In this document: one piece after another, positions 1-9,028 of the stretch
How the letters are laid out: every line of letters begins with the position of its first letter
Position numbering within the stretch: the first letter of the stretch is position 1
IMG/VR virus record: IMGVR_UViG_3300031473_000068
Source: a virus
Direction: 5' to 3' (one strand)
DNA length: 64,000 nucleotides
Notes under the pieces: generated by a model
The model's database searches: none
Seen by the model: the letters and a program-made list of their open reading frames with translations, nothing else
What the model was told of the DNA's origin: nothing
Program-made: the position numbers and the translations under genes

Positions 1-1891
1 TCCTCAGTTTGCATCAAATGAGCAGTATGGGCTTGGATTGGAAGGGCTCGGCTTTTATAAGGTTCTCAGCGATAATTTTGATGCCACGGTCAGAGGTAAC
101 ATATACAGCTACGGTGGATGGAATTTGAATCTTTCTTCAATGTACCTGAAGCGTTATAAGTACAATGGCCGCTTAAACCTGGCAATACAAAATACTAAGA
201 TACTTAACAGCGGAGGTTACGCAAAAGAAGAATTCACAAAAAGCAAAACTTTCATGATAAACTGGAGCCATAGCAGGGACAGTAAGGCGAGACCGGGGAC
301 GAGTTTTTCAGCTAATGTAAATGCAGGAAGTACCAAGTTCAACAGGTATGTTTCCAATAACTCATTACAAAACTTTCAAAACAGTTTAAGTTCTTCAATA
401 AATTACACCAAAGACTGGGGTGGAAAATATAATCTTTCGGTTAGTGCAAACCATAGTCAGAATGGTAATTTAGGTTTAGTTAACCTTAATCTCCCCACGG
501 CCAGTTTTAATGTTGTAACTGTTTATCCGTTTCAAAGAAAAGAAGCGGTTGGCACACCAAAATGGTATGAAAAATTGGGCGTGGGGTATACCGGAAATTT
601 TCAGAACCAGATTTCTTTCTATGATTCCGCCTTAAGCTTTCGAAGGCTTTTAGATACTGCACAATACGGAGCTACCCATGTTATCCCCATTACTTTATCA
701 TTACCTCAAATAGGCTCAATCCAGCTTTCACCAAGCATATCTTATGAAGAACGCTGGTATGGTCAGAAATTTTTTCAAACGTGGGATACCAGCAGGAAGA
801 GAGTAGATACCACTATTTCAAGAGGTTTATATGCTTCGCGGCAAATGCAGTTTGGTATGTCTGCCAGTACCAGGATTTTTGGTACGTATCAATTTGGCAA
901 AACACATAAAATACAGGCGATACGCCATGAGATCAGACCAAGCTTAAGTGTTAATTACAGACCGGATATGCAAAAGGGAACTTACCATAATGTTCGAGTG
1001 GATAGTTCAGACATTGACCCTGTTTTCCGTCGCTATTCGCAATATGAGGGTGGGATTATAGGACCTTTTGGTGAAGGAAGGTTTGGAGGTATTGGCTTTG
1101 GCCTGGATAATACACTTGAAATGAAAGTCAGAAACAATAAAGACACATCAGAGGGAGGCACTAAAAAAATAAGGCTGATAGATGGGTTTGGTTTCAATGG
1201 TTCATATAATCTTATTCCTCAACGTAACGATACCTTTCCTTTAAGTAATATAAGTTTGTATGCCAGAAGTACACTATTTGAAAAAATAAATATAACAGCT
1301 TCTGCCAGTCTCGATCCATATAAAGTAGACTCACGGGGGGTTCGACGGTCAAAACTAATGTTGAAGGATAATCTATTTAAACCGGGAAGGATAACCAATG
1401 CAGGTATTGCAGTATCTACTTCGTTTCAAAGCAAGAGTAAAGATGGTAAAACGGATAAAGAAAGATTACCGGAAGATGATTATATGACGCCTGACGAGCA
1501 ACAGCGACAATTGGATTATGTAAGGAGCAACCCTGCTGAATATACCGACTTCAATATTCCATGGAGCTTACAATTATCGTTTTCTTTAAGCTACTCAAAG
1601 CAGTATGGCAGTAATCGAACAATGTTGTCAAGGGTTTACTCTAATTTAAGTATTAACGGCGATTTCAGTTTAACTCCCCGCTGGAAACTTGGCGGAAATA
1701 CTTACTTCGATTTTACTACCCGTAAAATACAGACCTTAACTATGTTTATAACGCGTGAAATGCACTGCTGGCAAATGGCAATAAACATTACCCCTGTAGG
1801 TCTCTATAGGTCTTTCAACGTCACAATAAATCCCAAATCAGGAATTTTACGAGACTTGAAGGTCAACAGATCGCGTTTTTTTTATCAGTAA
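1..1891 (+). CDS. lptD: Putative LPS-assembly outer membrane beta-barrel protein (Bacteroidota LptD-like), 5' truncated by window
   Basis: Open frame continues to position 2. Aromatic-rich beta-strand pattern and conserved C-terminal RxxHCWQMxINxTPxGxYRSFNxTIxxKSGILRDLK motif of Bacteroidota LptD-like proteins. Confidence 0.7.
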   Translation, partial: PQFASNEQYGLGLEGLGFYKVLSDNFDATVRGNIYSYGGWNLNLSSMYLKRYKYNGRLNLAIQNTKILNSGGYAKEEFTKSKTFMINWSHSRDSKARPGTSFSANVNAGSTKFNRYVSNNSLQNFQNSLSSSINYTKDWGGKYNLSVSANHSQNGNLGLVNLNLPTASFNVVTVYPFQRKEAVGTPKWYEKLGVGYTGNFQNQISFYDSALSFRRLLDTAQYGATHVIPITLSLPQIGSIQLSPSISYEERWYGQKFFQTWDTSRKRVDTTISRGLYASRQMQFGMSASTRIFGTYQFGKTHKIQAIRHEIRPSLSVNYRPDMQKGTYHNVRVDSSDIDPVFRRYSQYEGGIIGPFGEGRFGGIGFGLDNTLEMKVRNNKDTSEGGTKKIRLIDGFGFNGSYNLIPQRNDTFPLSNISLYARSTLFEKINITASASLDPYKVDSRGVRRSKLMLKDNLFKPGRITNAGIAVSTSFQSKSKDGKTDKERLPEDDYMTPDEQQRQLDYVRSNPAEYTDFNIPWSLQLSFSLSYSKQYGSNRTMLSRVYSNLSINGDFSLTPRWKLGGNTYFDFTTRKIQTLTMFITREMHCWQMAINITPVGLYRSFNVTINPKSGILRDLKVNRSRFFYQ

Positions 1892-1895
1892 AAAC

Positions 1896-2008
1896 TATTT
1901 TTCCCGCAGATTTCACAAATGGCGCCGATAGAGCGCAGATTTTGTTATTTTTATACTTCAATAATTTTCTTTTCTGGGGGTAATCAGCGTAACCTGCGGG
2001 AGACTTAT
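1896..2008. repeat. REP-like palindromic repeat, copy 1
   Basis: TATTTTTCCCGCAGATTT...TTTTATACTT..AATA..TTTCTTTTCTGGGG.TAATCAGCGT.A.CTGCGGGA.ACTTAT, with terminal CCCGCAG/CTGCGGG inverted arms; near-identical to 2408-2515. Confidence 0.8.
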
Positions 2009-2009
2009 C

Positions 2010-2385
2010 ATGACAGAAAAATGACATTTCTTTTATCGTACGTGGAGCAATATTTAATGTTTATAATGCTTTAGGTCGGTCTATCAGAGTCTGTTTATGA
2101 ACTTGCTTTAAAATATGAATTAGAAAAGTCAGGCTTACTTGTTGACTCTCAGGAACCGCTTCCTGTTGTATATAACAATGTAAAACTTGAAGGTGGATAT
2201 AGAATTGATCTATTGGTTAACAATAGTGTGATAATAGAAATTAAATCAGTAGAAAATCTTTCTAAGGTACACTATAAACAATTAATTCTTATCTAAAATT
2301 ATCAGGGAAAAAATTGGGGTTGCTAATCAACTTTAATACAGAAAATATTTCCAAATCAATTTTTCGGAACGTAAATAATTTATAA
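2010..2385 (+). pseudogene. GxxExxY family protein, frameshifted
   Basis: Reconstructs to MTENDISFIVRGAIFNVYNALG[PGLL]ESVYELAL...GYRIDLLV...IIEIKSVE...LGLLINFN. Frameshifts near 2020, 2077 and 2290. Confidence 0.85.
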
Positions 2386-2407
2386 TACTGCGAGTTGTGG
2401 GAACACT

Positions 2408-2515
2408 TATTTTTCCCGCAGATTTCGCTAATATCGCAGATTGAGTGCGGATTTATATTTTTATACTTTAATAAATTTCTTTTCTGGGGTAATCAGCGTT
2501 ATCTGCGGGACTTAT
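2408..2515. repeat. REP-like palindromic repeat, copy 2 (overlaps acyltransferase stop)
   Basis: Imperfect direct repeat of 1896-2008 with CCCGCAGAT/ATCTGCGGG inverted ends. Confidence 0.8.
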
Positions 2516-3257
2516 AATAGTCCCACATAATTTTAAAAACCTTTTCTTTCAAATCTTTACTTGATATACCTTCTGAGCTGACTGGTTCAAGAAAGTGCAT
2601 TTCAAGAGTATGTGGCCACAGGTAAAAAGTTTTATTGAGAGGTAAAACTTTTCCACTGTTAAATACAAGTGTTGGTATAATGTCTTTATGAGTCTCTACT
2701 GCCAGTTTAAAGGCTCCATTGTGAAAAGACTTTAAAGGATCAGAAGTCCGGTTTCTTGTTCCTTCAGCGTAAATAACCATATGCAATCCCTGTGACAAAG
2801 TTCTTTTCATGTCTTCAAAGCTCTGCCGACGGCTTTCTTCACTATCCCGGTCAACCAGCACTGTGCCGCGAATATATACCCATCGGAATATGGGAGTTTT
2901 TGAAAAAGATTTTTTCCCGATTGTTTTATTTGCTCCCGGTACAAAAGGGGTTGTAATGGGCACATCCATCAAAGAATTATGATTGCACACTGCTACATAA
3001 TTCTTTCCTTTTTCAAAGTTTTCTTTGCCAATAACCTTTAAAGGAGAACCAATTAAAGTCAACCATACTCTCATCCATACTTTTGTTATCTGTCTGAAGG
3101 TTTCAGTGCCTGCAGGCTCTTTTATCAGGAATGTAATGCAAACCGGAATAATTATAATAAGCAACGTAGCAATGAAAGACACTAAACCCCACAAAGCCCA
3201 GAAAGCTCCAAAAATATTTTTAAGAATTTTCATATTGTAAATGTAGCAGTCATTCAA
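2499..3257 (-). CDS. plsC: 1-acyl-sn-glycerol-3-phosphate (lysophospholipid) acyltransferase
   Basis: NHNSLMD (HX4D) and YAEGTR motifs, N-terminal TM helix. Confidence 0.85.
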   Translation of the reverse strand: MNDCYIYNMKILKNIFGAFWALWGLVSFIATLLIIIIPVCITFLIKEPAGTETFRQITKVWMRVWLTLIGSPLKVIGKENFEKGKNYVAVCNHNSLMDVPITTPFVPGANKTIGKKSFSKTPIFRWVYIRGTVLVDRDSEESRRQSFEDMKRTLSQGLHMVIYAEGTRNRTSDPLKSFHNGAFKLAVETHKDIIPTLVFNSGKVLPLNKTFYLWPHTLEMHFLEPVSSEGISSKDLKEKVFKIMWDYYKSRR

Positions 3258-3928
3258 TCAAGATTCCAGTCAATCACATCCTGCTTTTGTTTCATAAGAT
3301 AATTATTTGTTTTGCTGAAATGTCTGCAGCCAAAAAAGCCTTTTTCGGCACTAAAAGGTGAGGGATGAGCCGCCTTCAAAACATGATGCCGTGTTTCATC
3401 AATTAAAACTTGTTTTTCCTGTGCAAAACGTCCCCAAAGTAAAAAAACAATCCCTTCCTTTTCTTCTGATACCTTGCTTATAACCGCATTGGTAAATTCC
3501 ATCCAACCAATTTTTGAATGACTTGCAGGTTCATTTGCTCTAACGGTTAAAACGGCATTCAATAACAATACTCTCTGTGTTGCCCATTTGGTAAGGTTAC
3601 CTGTTTTGGGAATAGGCATACCAATATCACTGTTTAGTTCTTTAAAGATATTTATGAGCGACGGGGGAGGAGTAACGCCATCAGGCACTGAGAAACTTAA
3701 ACCATGAGCCTGACCATAACCATGATAAGGATCCTGCCCAAGTAAAACAACGTTCACCTTATCAAAAGGTGTCTTATCAAAAGCATTAAAAATGAGCGAG
3801 CCGGATGGGTAAATAGTTTTGCCTTGTGATTTCTCTACCTTTAGAAAAGTAACAATTTGTTGAAAATACGGTTTACCAAATTCCGTCTTTAAAACATTTT
3901 TCCAGCCTTCTTCTAATTTCACATCCAT
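3254..3928 (-). CDS. ung: Uracil-DNA glycosylase family 1
   Basis: GQDPYH, PPSLxNI, LLLNAVLTV and HPSPFS motifs. Confidence 0.97.
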   Translation of the reverse strand: MDVKLEEGWKNVLKTEFGKPYFQQIVTFLKVEKSQGKTIYPSGSLIFNAFDKTPFDKVNVVLLGQDPYHGYGQAHGLSFSVPDGVTPPPSLINIFKELNSDIGMPIPKTGNLTKWATQRVLLLNAVLTVRANEPASHSKIGWMEFTNAVISKVSEEKEGIVFLLWGRFAQEKQVLIDETRHHVLKAAHPSPFSAEKGFFGCRHFSKTNNYLMKQKQDVIDWNLD

Positions 3929-3968
3929 TTTTACTTAATTTTCGTTTGGATGCAAACTAATTAAAATT

Positions 3969-3976
3969 TACTTTTG
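3969..3976 (+). promoter_or_regulatory. Bacteroidota -7 promoter element (TAnnTTTG) of tRNA-Arg
   Basis: TACTTTTG 14 nt upstream of the tRNA 5' end. Confidence 0.65.
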
Positions 3977-3990
3977 CCACCTCTAAAACA

Positions 3991-4064
3991 GGTCCGGTAG
4001 CTCAGCTGAATAGAGCAGCAGCCTTCTAAGCTGCGGGTCATTGGTTTGAATCCAATCCGGATCA
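3991..4064 (+). tRNA. tRNA-Arg(TCT); probable prophage attachment site (attL)
   Basis: Cloverleaf GGTCCGG..., anticodon arm GCAGC-CTTCTAA-GCTGC, T-arm ATTGG-TTTGAAT-CCAAT; integrase gene 135 bp downstream. Confidence 0.95.
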
Positions 4065-4068
4065 CTAT

Positions 4069-4089
4069 AACCCCTCACAATGAGGGGTT
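4069..4089 (+). terminator. Hairpin terminator after tRNA-Arg
   Basis: AACCCCTCA-CAA-TGAGGGGTT followed by T-rich tract. Confidence 0.7.
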
Positions 4090-4149
4090 CTTTGTTTGAT
4101 AAATACCATATTATCACATAAAAAAGCATATTTCTTCGGCTTGACGCTG

Positions 4150-4157
4150 TACTTTTG
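4150..4157 (+). promoter_or_regulatory. Putative -7 element (TACTTTTG) for integrase
   Basis: Exact TAnnTTTG match about 40 nt upstream of int start. Confidence 0.45.
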
Positions 4158-4198
4158 TTCTACAGACCAAAAATGATTGTGGAACAAAATGGTAAAAT

Positions 4199-5317
4199 AT
4201 GCAGTATTCAATCACCCCGGTGCTTCATCCCTATGCTGATAAGAGCGGTCTTCACAAGTTAAATCTGCAGGTAATATATAATAGAAAGAAGGCTTACGCA
4301 CCTGCAAGTATTAAACTTAAGGAAGAATTTTGGGACAATGGTGTTATTGTTAAGCATCCTAACAGAAAAGTATTTTCGGATCTTCTCAACAAACAAAGAA
4401 ATGAAATTGAAAAACGATTAATTGAAGCTATAAGAGAGAACGCTTCTATCTCAAAGCAACGACTGGGTGAAATAGCCAAGGGTCAGAAAGAGGGAAAACA
4501 AATACTAATCACGGATTTTATTTTTGACCAGGTTAAGCTGCTTAAAGGGAGGCTCACAGAGGGACGGCTTAAACATTACAAGGTAATGGCAGGTAAGATT
4601 GAATATTTCAAAGAGGGTGCGACCTTTCGGGAAATATCAATAACCTGGTTAGGCGAATTTGAGGCATGGTTAAGGTCCAAAGGGCTGCATAGCAATACCG
4701 TACTGAGTAATATGAGTTTGCTCGTAGGAATATTTAATAAAGCTGCCGTTGCCGGCTTAATCAAAAAGGAACAGTTTGCAGGATACAAGCGGCCGCGGTA
4801 TACGCAAAAAATAAGCGAGTACCTTACCGAGGAAGAAATAAATAAACTGTTTGACCTGGTGAAAATTATTGAAAAGCCGGGTCATAAGCTTGCAGGTTAT
4901 TATTATATACTCAGTTGCCTGACAGGTTACCGCCTTAGCGACGCTAAGTCTTTTGATTATAAAAAAAACGTGCAGGACGGAAATTTAATTCTCCAGGCAA
5001 AGAAAAACAAAGCCATTGTTTCTACCCCAATATTTTCGCGGCTTGCTGAAGTGCTCGAGTATATAAAAGACAAACCTTTACATCTCAGTGAGGATAAAAT
5101 ACGGCAGTATATAAAAGAACTGTTTTCTTTAGTGGGTATTAACAAAGATATCTCTTATCATTCTTCCAGGCATAGCTACGCAATGCTTCTTATTAAAAAA
5201 GGATTCAGTATTGACGAGGTTGCCCAGGCTATTGGTGATACAGCGATAGTAGCGAAAGTATATGCCAAAATCAGCAACCCGCATTTACATAAAAAATTCA
5301 AAGAACTTTTAGGGTAA
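4199..5317 (+). CDS. int: Tyrosine recombinase/phage integrase
   Basis: GYRLSD (catalytic R), HSSRH (HxxR), VYAK (catalytic Y); Bacteroidota-type arm and SAM-like N-terminal domains. Confidence 0.93.
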   Translation: MQYSITPVLHPYADKSGLHKLNLQVIYNRKKAYAPASIKLKEEFWDNGVIVKHPNRKVFSDLLNKQRNEIEKRLIEAIRENASISKQRLGEIAKGQKEGKQILITDFIFDQVKLLKGRLTEGRLKHYKVMAGKIEYFKEGATFREISITWLGEFEAWLRSKGLHSNTVLSNMSLLVGIFNKAAVAGLIKKEQFAGYKRPRYTQKISEYLTEEEINKLFDLVKIIEKPGHKLAGYYYILSCLTGYRLSDAKSFDYKKNVQDGNLILQAKKNKAIVSTPIFSRLAEVLEYIKDKPLHLSEDKIRQYIKELFSLVGINKDISYHSSRHSYAMLLIKKGFSIDEVAQAIGDTAIVAKVYAKISNPHLHKKFKELLG

Positions 5318-5430
5318 AATCAGAAATTCATTTTAAAAAACTTTGGAAAATATTTGTTTATTCAGTAAACAATTTGTATATTTACATCAGATTAGCAATA
5401 ACGCTAAAACAACAATAAAAACTTTGCAAA

Positions 5431-5658
5431 ATGAACACTTTATTTCAAACAACAGCTGTAAACCCAATCTTCTCTACAAAAGGAAACGGTCAATTTGGAA
5501 ATGTAGTAAGAACCGGATGGGTTTCATGTAAATTAGGTAAAAGCAAAAAGCAAATTATTTCAGATGCTTTAAACAATTCTAATGTGCAGCAGGTTTACAA
5601 AAGAGGAAATAAAATTTATGCTTTTTATTTAAATGGAATAGAAAGTCAAATTGCTTAA
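5431..5658 (+). CDS. Hypothetical protein
   Basis: 75-aa ORF with A-rich leader, followed by terminator. Confidence 0.65.
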   Translation: MNTLFQTTAVNPIFSTKGNGQFGNVVRTGWVSCKLGKSKKQIISDALNNSNVQQVYKRGNKIYAFYLNGIESQIA

Positions 5659-5688
5659 CTCGCAGTTCCCGCAAAGTCTGCGGGTTTG

Positions 5689-5717
5689 GGGCAGGTTAAT
5701 AGCCTGCCCATTTTTTT
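5689..5717 (+). terminator. Rho-independent terminator
   Basis: GGGCAGG-TTAATAG-CCTGCCC-A-T7. Confidence 0.75.
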
Positions 5718-5876
5718 ATGAAAATTATAATTGATACAGATGTTTGGGTAACTCCTACCCGCTACGCATCTCAAAAAGGCGTAACTAAGCAGGTTGTAAA
5801 CAATTGGATCAAAAGAAATAAAATAACAACCTGGTTTATCCCGGAATTGGGGTTGAGATTAATAAAAACTAATTAA
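5718..5876 (+). CDS. Small HTH DNA-binding protein (excisionase-like), not in ORF track
   Basis: MKIIIDTDVWVTPTRYASQKGVTKQVVNNWIKRNKI...; TxxxYAxxxGVTxQxVxxWI HTH pattern, 52 aa. Confidence 0.6.
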   Translation: MKIIIDTDVWVTPTRYASQKGVTKQVVNNWIKRNKITTWFIPELGLRLIKTN

Positions 5877-5883
5877 CCCTTTT

Positions 5884-6201
5884 CTATTTTTTCAGCAACC
5901 TTAACCCTTCCTCAATTAACTCAATCCCGGAAGTCTTAGAAACATTCTTTATCTTAATATCCGTTAACCCGCAGATCCAGTCAAGTGAAGTATTATGCAG
6001 CCTGGCTGCAGCAACCATATTCTTAATAGTAAATCCTCTTTTCCCGGCTTTCACCATGCTGGCATTGCTGCTGTAGGCTCCTATCTTTTCGCACCAATCC
6101 ACATCACTATCAGCAATACGCTTCGCCAGTGCCTCAGCCAACAGCAACAGCATTCTTTTATCCCAAATATCCTGCTTACTATTTGATAATTTTTTTATCA
6201 T
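5884..6201 (-). CDS. XRE-like HTH regulator
   Basis: Likely start MIKKLSN at 6201; WCEKIGAYSSNASMVKAGKR...SLDWICG XRE-type pattern. Confidence 0.65.
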   Translation of the reverse strand: MIKKLSNSKQDIWDKRMLLLLAEALAKRIADSDVDWCEKIGAYSSNASMVKAGKRGFTIKNMVAAARLHNTSLDWICGLTDIKIKNVSKTSGIELIEEGLRLLKK

Positions 6202-6205
6202 TATG
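6183..6205. repeat. 23-bp direct repeat, copy 1 (TTGATAATTTTTTTATCATTATG)
   Basis: Exact match to 6770-6792. Confidence 0.85.
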
Positions 6206-6389
6206 TTTTTTGTGTAGTTTTGGGATAAAGATGTCATATGCCTGAACAAGCAATTCAACAAGTCATAATGAAAATTGAAGATGCTAATAGCTTTGTTTTG
6301 TCTGCAAATCTTACTAAGTCTCAAGTATCAGAGTTATTAACTGAAATAAAAAAATTGGAGCAGTCAATTATTAACAGGATCGAGTTTGA

Positions 6390-6629
6390 TTATTTAATTG
6401 GATAAAAAAGCATTTCTGTTGGCTCCAGTCTACTATTGTCAAGAGGTTCAATTACAGCAGATATTTGTTTGTCTGTAAAGAAAATAGACGTAATGGAATA
6501 AACGATTTTGTTCTCTTTGTCAAAATATTTGAAGCCCACACTTGGCGTAAAATCAATGTCTATGGTTTTAATAAAATTGAAAATACGCTGTCCGTCTTTT
6601 TGAGAAGCTGAATACAAATAGATTGTCAT
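6390..6629 (-). CDS. Hypothetical protein
   Basis: 79-aa ORF lying between the 23-bp repeats. Confidence 0.6.
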   Translation of the reverse strand: MTIYLYSASQKDGQRIFNFIKTIDIDFTPSVGFKYFDKENKIVYSITSIFFTDKQISAVIEPLDNSRLEPTEMLFYPIK

Positions 6630-6769
6630 AAATGTTCTTTTTAAAATTTTAAAATCTGTTATTTATGTCGGATAACGAAAGCCTTGAGTACGAAATCGTT
6701 GAAACTTCATATCCTGCTCCTGTTGTAATTAAATTTGACGGTGTCATATTTTACTGAGCCATTATCAAA

Positions 6770-6792
6770 TTGATAATTTTTTTATCATTATG
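6770..6792. repeat. 23-bp direct repeat, copy 2, embedded in a 49-bp imperfect palindrome (6755-6803)
   Basis: TGAGCCATTATCA (6755-6767) and TGATAATGGCTCA (6791-6803) are perfect inverted arms. Confidence 0.85.
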
Positions 6793-7039
6793 ATAATGGC
6801 TCATTGTTAGTTGGCTGGCTTAATTTAGGCTTATACGTTTTACCTTTTACTGTTGCAGATATAGAATTAATGCGGTCTGTATCAACTCCATTTTTATGTG
6901 CAATAAGAGAAAGCAATTCTGTTTGCGCCTGGAGGTTCTTTACGATCGTGTCAATCCTGAATATTGACCTGGTTAGAAGTACAGCAATTGCAAATACAAA
7001 TATGCCGAATATAACGGCTGCGATAATTGATCCTTCCAT
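6788..7039 (-). CDS. Small membrane protein (N-terminal TM plus coiled coil)
   Basis: Hydrophobic IIAAVIFGIFVFAIAVLL segment; co-oriented with the repressor. Confidence 0.7.
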   Translation of the reverse strand: MEGSIIAAVIFGIFVFAIAVLLTRSIFRIDTIVKNLQAQTELLSLIAHKNGVDTDRINSISATVKGKTYKPKLSQPTNNEPLS

Positions 7040-7239
7040 AAGTGTAGGTTTTTATTATTAAATGTTATAAAATCTAAATATTTTAGTTGTTTTTTGCTAA
7101 TAACCCTACTAACTTCACGCACTTCACTTCCAATTTTTTTGAAAAGCTGTTACCGAACGCCTGTTTTTCTTAATCTTAAAAAAACAGCTTGCTATGTCTA
7201 AGAAAAAAAAATCAAAAAAAAACTCATTTAAAAAGTGCA

Positions 7240-7617
7240 TTACTTCTTTTCGAGTTCGTTTTTCAGTGCCTTTATATTATCAGAATACATTAAACGAATT
7301 TGAGTATCTAAAACAAGGGGATCAGTATCTTCCAGTTTTGCCAAAATTCGAATCAAAATAGTTTTGTTAACCAGACTTAAAGCTTTGGTCTCCACTATTT
7401 GCTGAAATAAATCTTCTAATCCCATATCAATTTCCAGCTTTTCGGTTAGCCTAATGTCAAGTTTTGTATTTACAAGTTGAACAAAATCGTTCTCTAATTC
7501 TGCCCGGTTTGTATATGAATACAAATTCGCTCTTGTCATTCCTATTTTACTTGCTGCCTCTTCCATAGTAAGGCCCTTTATCTTAATTGCACGCCTAAAA
7601 TCTTTCCCTGTTATCAT
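7240..7617 (-). CDS. CI-like XRE repressor without peptidase domain
   Basis: GLTMEEAASKIGMTRANLYSY HTH; divergent from cro-like gene. Confidence 0.8.
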   Translation of the reverse strand: MITGKDFRRAIKIKGLTMEEAASKIGMTRANLYSYTNRAELENDFVQLVNTKLDIRLTEKLEIDMGLEDLFQQIVETKALSLVNKTILIRILAKLEDTDPLVLDTQIRLMYSDNIKALKNELEKK

Positions 7618-7665
7618 AAAATATTTTCAATATTCATTAACAAACCTTTAACTATTTATGTATTG

Positions 7666-7693
7666 TTTTGTAAATACAAAATGTATAGCTTTG
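7666..7693 (+). promoter_or_regulatory. Operator-like palindrome TTTTGTA-AA-TACAAAA and rightward -7 element TAGCTTTG
   Basis: 7-2-7 palindrome at 7666-7681; TAnnTTTG at 7686-7693, in the cI/cro intergenic region. Confidence 0.6.
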
Positions 7694-7730
7694 TTCTATT
7701 ACTACGAAATAAAAATACAAAATAAAACAA

Positions 7731-7964
7731 ATGGCAAGGCAATTAACCAAAGAGGCAAAATCAAAATTATTAGATGACGCATCCTTATATGCAGACATAT
7801 GCTTGCTTATAGGGGTAAAGCCAAATTCTCTTACACAACTTATTTATCGAAATTCTTCTTGGTTAACTAACCATGACGTGGTTTTAAAAATTGCTGAAGC
7901 TATGCATAAGCAAACCGAGGAAATATTGGAAGAAGCTGAAGAAAGCACAGTAGTCATGCCGTAA
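7731..7964 (+). CDS. Cro-like HTH protein
   Basis: First rightward gene divergent from cI; ICLLIGVKPNSLTQLIYRN HTH-like. Confidence 0.65.
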   Translation: MARQLTKEAKSKLLDDASLYADICLLIGVKPNSLTQLIYRNSSWLTNHDVVLKIAEAMHKQTEEILEEAEESTVVMP

Positions 7965-8090
7965 TCGCAGAATATGAAAAGCCCCCATGGGTCCCGGGCT
8001 GATGTGAAGGTTATGCCCGGGCTCATTTTCAAATACAATATGACTGTAGATTTTTATAAATGCTAGTGATCAGATTTAAAACTTTTGTTA

Positions 8091-8258
8091 ATGAATAAGG
8101 CAATGGAGAAGAATGATGAAGTTAAAACTATGCTATTAGAAGCCTGCCAGGCCGCATTAAACTGGGCCATCGACGACAAAGGCAACATGGACTTTATTGA
8201 TCTGGCAAATAACGTAATACCAAAACTTGAATCAGCCATTAAAAAAGCAACTGTATAA
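8091..8258 (+). CDS. Hypothetical protein (55 aa, not in ORF track)
   Basis: MNKAMEKNDEVKTMLLEACQAAL...; TAATG coupling to the next gene. Confidence 0.55.
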   Translation: MNKAMEKNDEVKTMLLEACQAALNWAIDDKGNMDFIDLANNVIPKLESAIKKATV

Positions 8259-8485
8259 TGTCAGACTTAGCAACACTTGAACGTAAGATCGAACGGCTGA
8301 TAAGTTCAATTGAAGCCATAAAACAGCAACAGGAGCTTTTGAATGAGGAAGAAGCAGCGAAATTTTTAGGCCTGACAAAAAAGGGCTTTCAGAATTTATT
8401 CTATGCCGGCAAGATCGCTCCTGACATGTACAAATTTGGCATCAACGGCAAGAGGATGTATTACAAAAACAAACTCACATTATGA
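8258..8485 (+). CDS. Excisionase-like HTH protein
   Basis: LLNEEEAAKFLGLTKKGFQNL HTH_17-like motif. Confidence 0.65.
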   Translation: MSDLATLERKIERLISSIEAIKQQQELLNEEEAAKFLGLTKKGFQNLFYAGKIAPDMYKFGINGKRMYYKNKLTL

Positions 8486-8609
8486 ATAATACAGATGATC
8501 TTATTTCCGAAGAAGAGTGCAACTATCTCTTAGCACTATGCAGCGCAGAAATACCTATGCTAAAAGCAAAAATTGAATTATTGGAATTAATAAAATCAAT
8601 AGAAGAATT

Positions 8610-8831
8610 ATGAACCTGTATATAAGTTCACTTGACAACGATAAAGACGAAAGCGGGGAAGTTGAAATCACCTGGTGTAATACCTGGGATGAACTTACCT
8701 GGGATGAGAAGGCTTATACCAGTGAGCAGAATGATATTATAGTTGATGCCATTAATAAGCGGTACCGCTATATACTTTCTCAAATAGAGAAGGAGGATAG
8801 AGAGGCGATGTGTGAGGCCGGAAGCTGGTAG
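8610..8831 (+). CDS. Acidic hypothetical protein
   Basis: 73-aa D/E/W-rich ORF in early operon. Confidence 0.6.
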   Translation: MNLYISSLDNDKDESGEVEITWCNTWDELTWDEKAYTSEQNDIIVDAINKRYRYILSQIEKEDREAMCEAGSW

Positions 8832-9028
8832 AAAAAAAGGGTTTATAAACTCATTGGTAAAATTATTTACCAATTAAAAATCAAATATCACAATGAAAAC
8901 AAAGATGGTCTCTATTGCAGTTAAAGTATTAATTACTTCTATGCCGATATTAAGTTTTTGGAGCGTAGTTAAGGACGTGTTGAGAGCAATTGGCAATGCT
9001 CATCCTATTTTTTAACGTCCCCCTAAAA

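Noticed and set aside
3254-3928. ung as a phage-encoded gene
   Set aside because: It lies on the host side of the tRNA attachment site and is coupled to the host acyltransferase gene.
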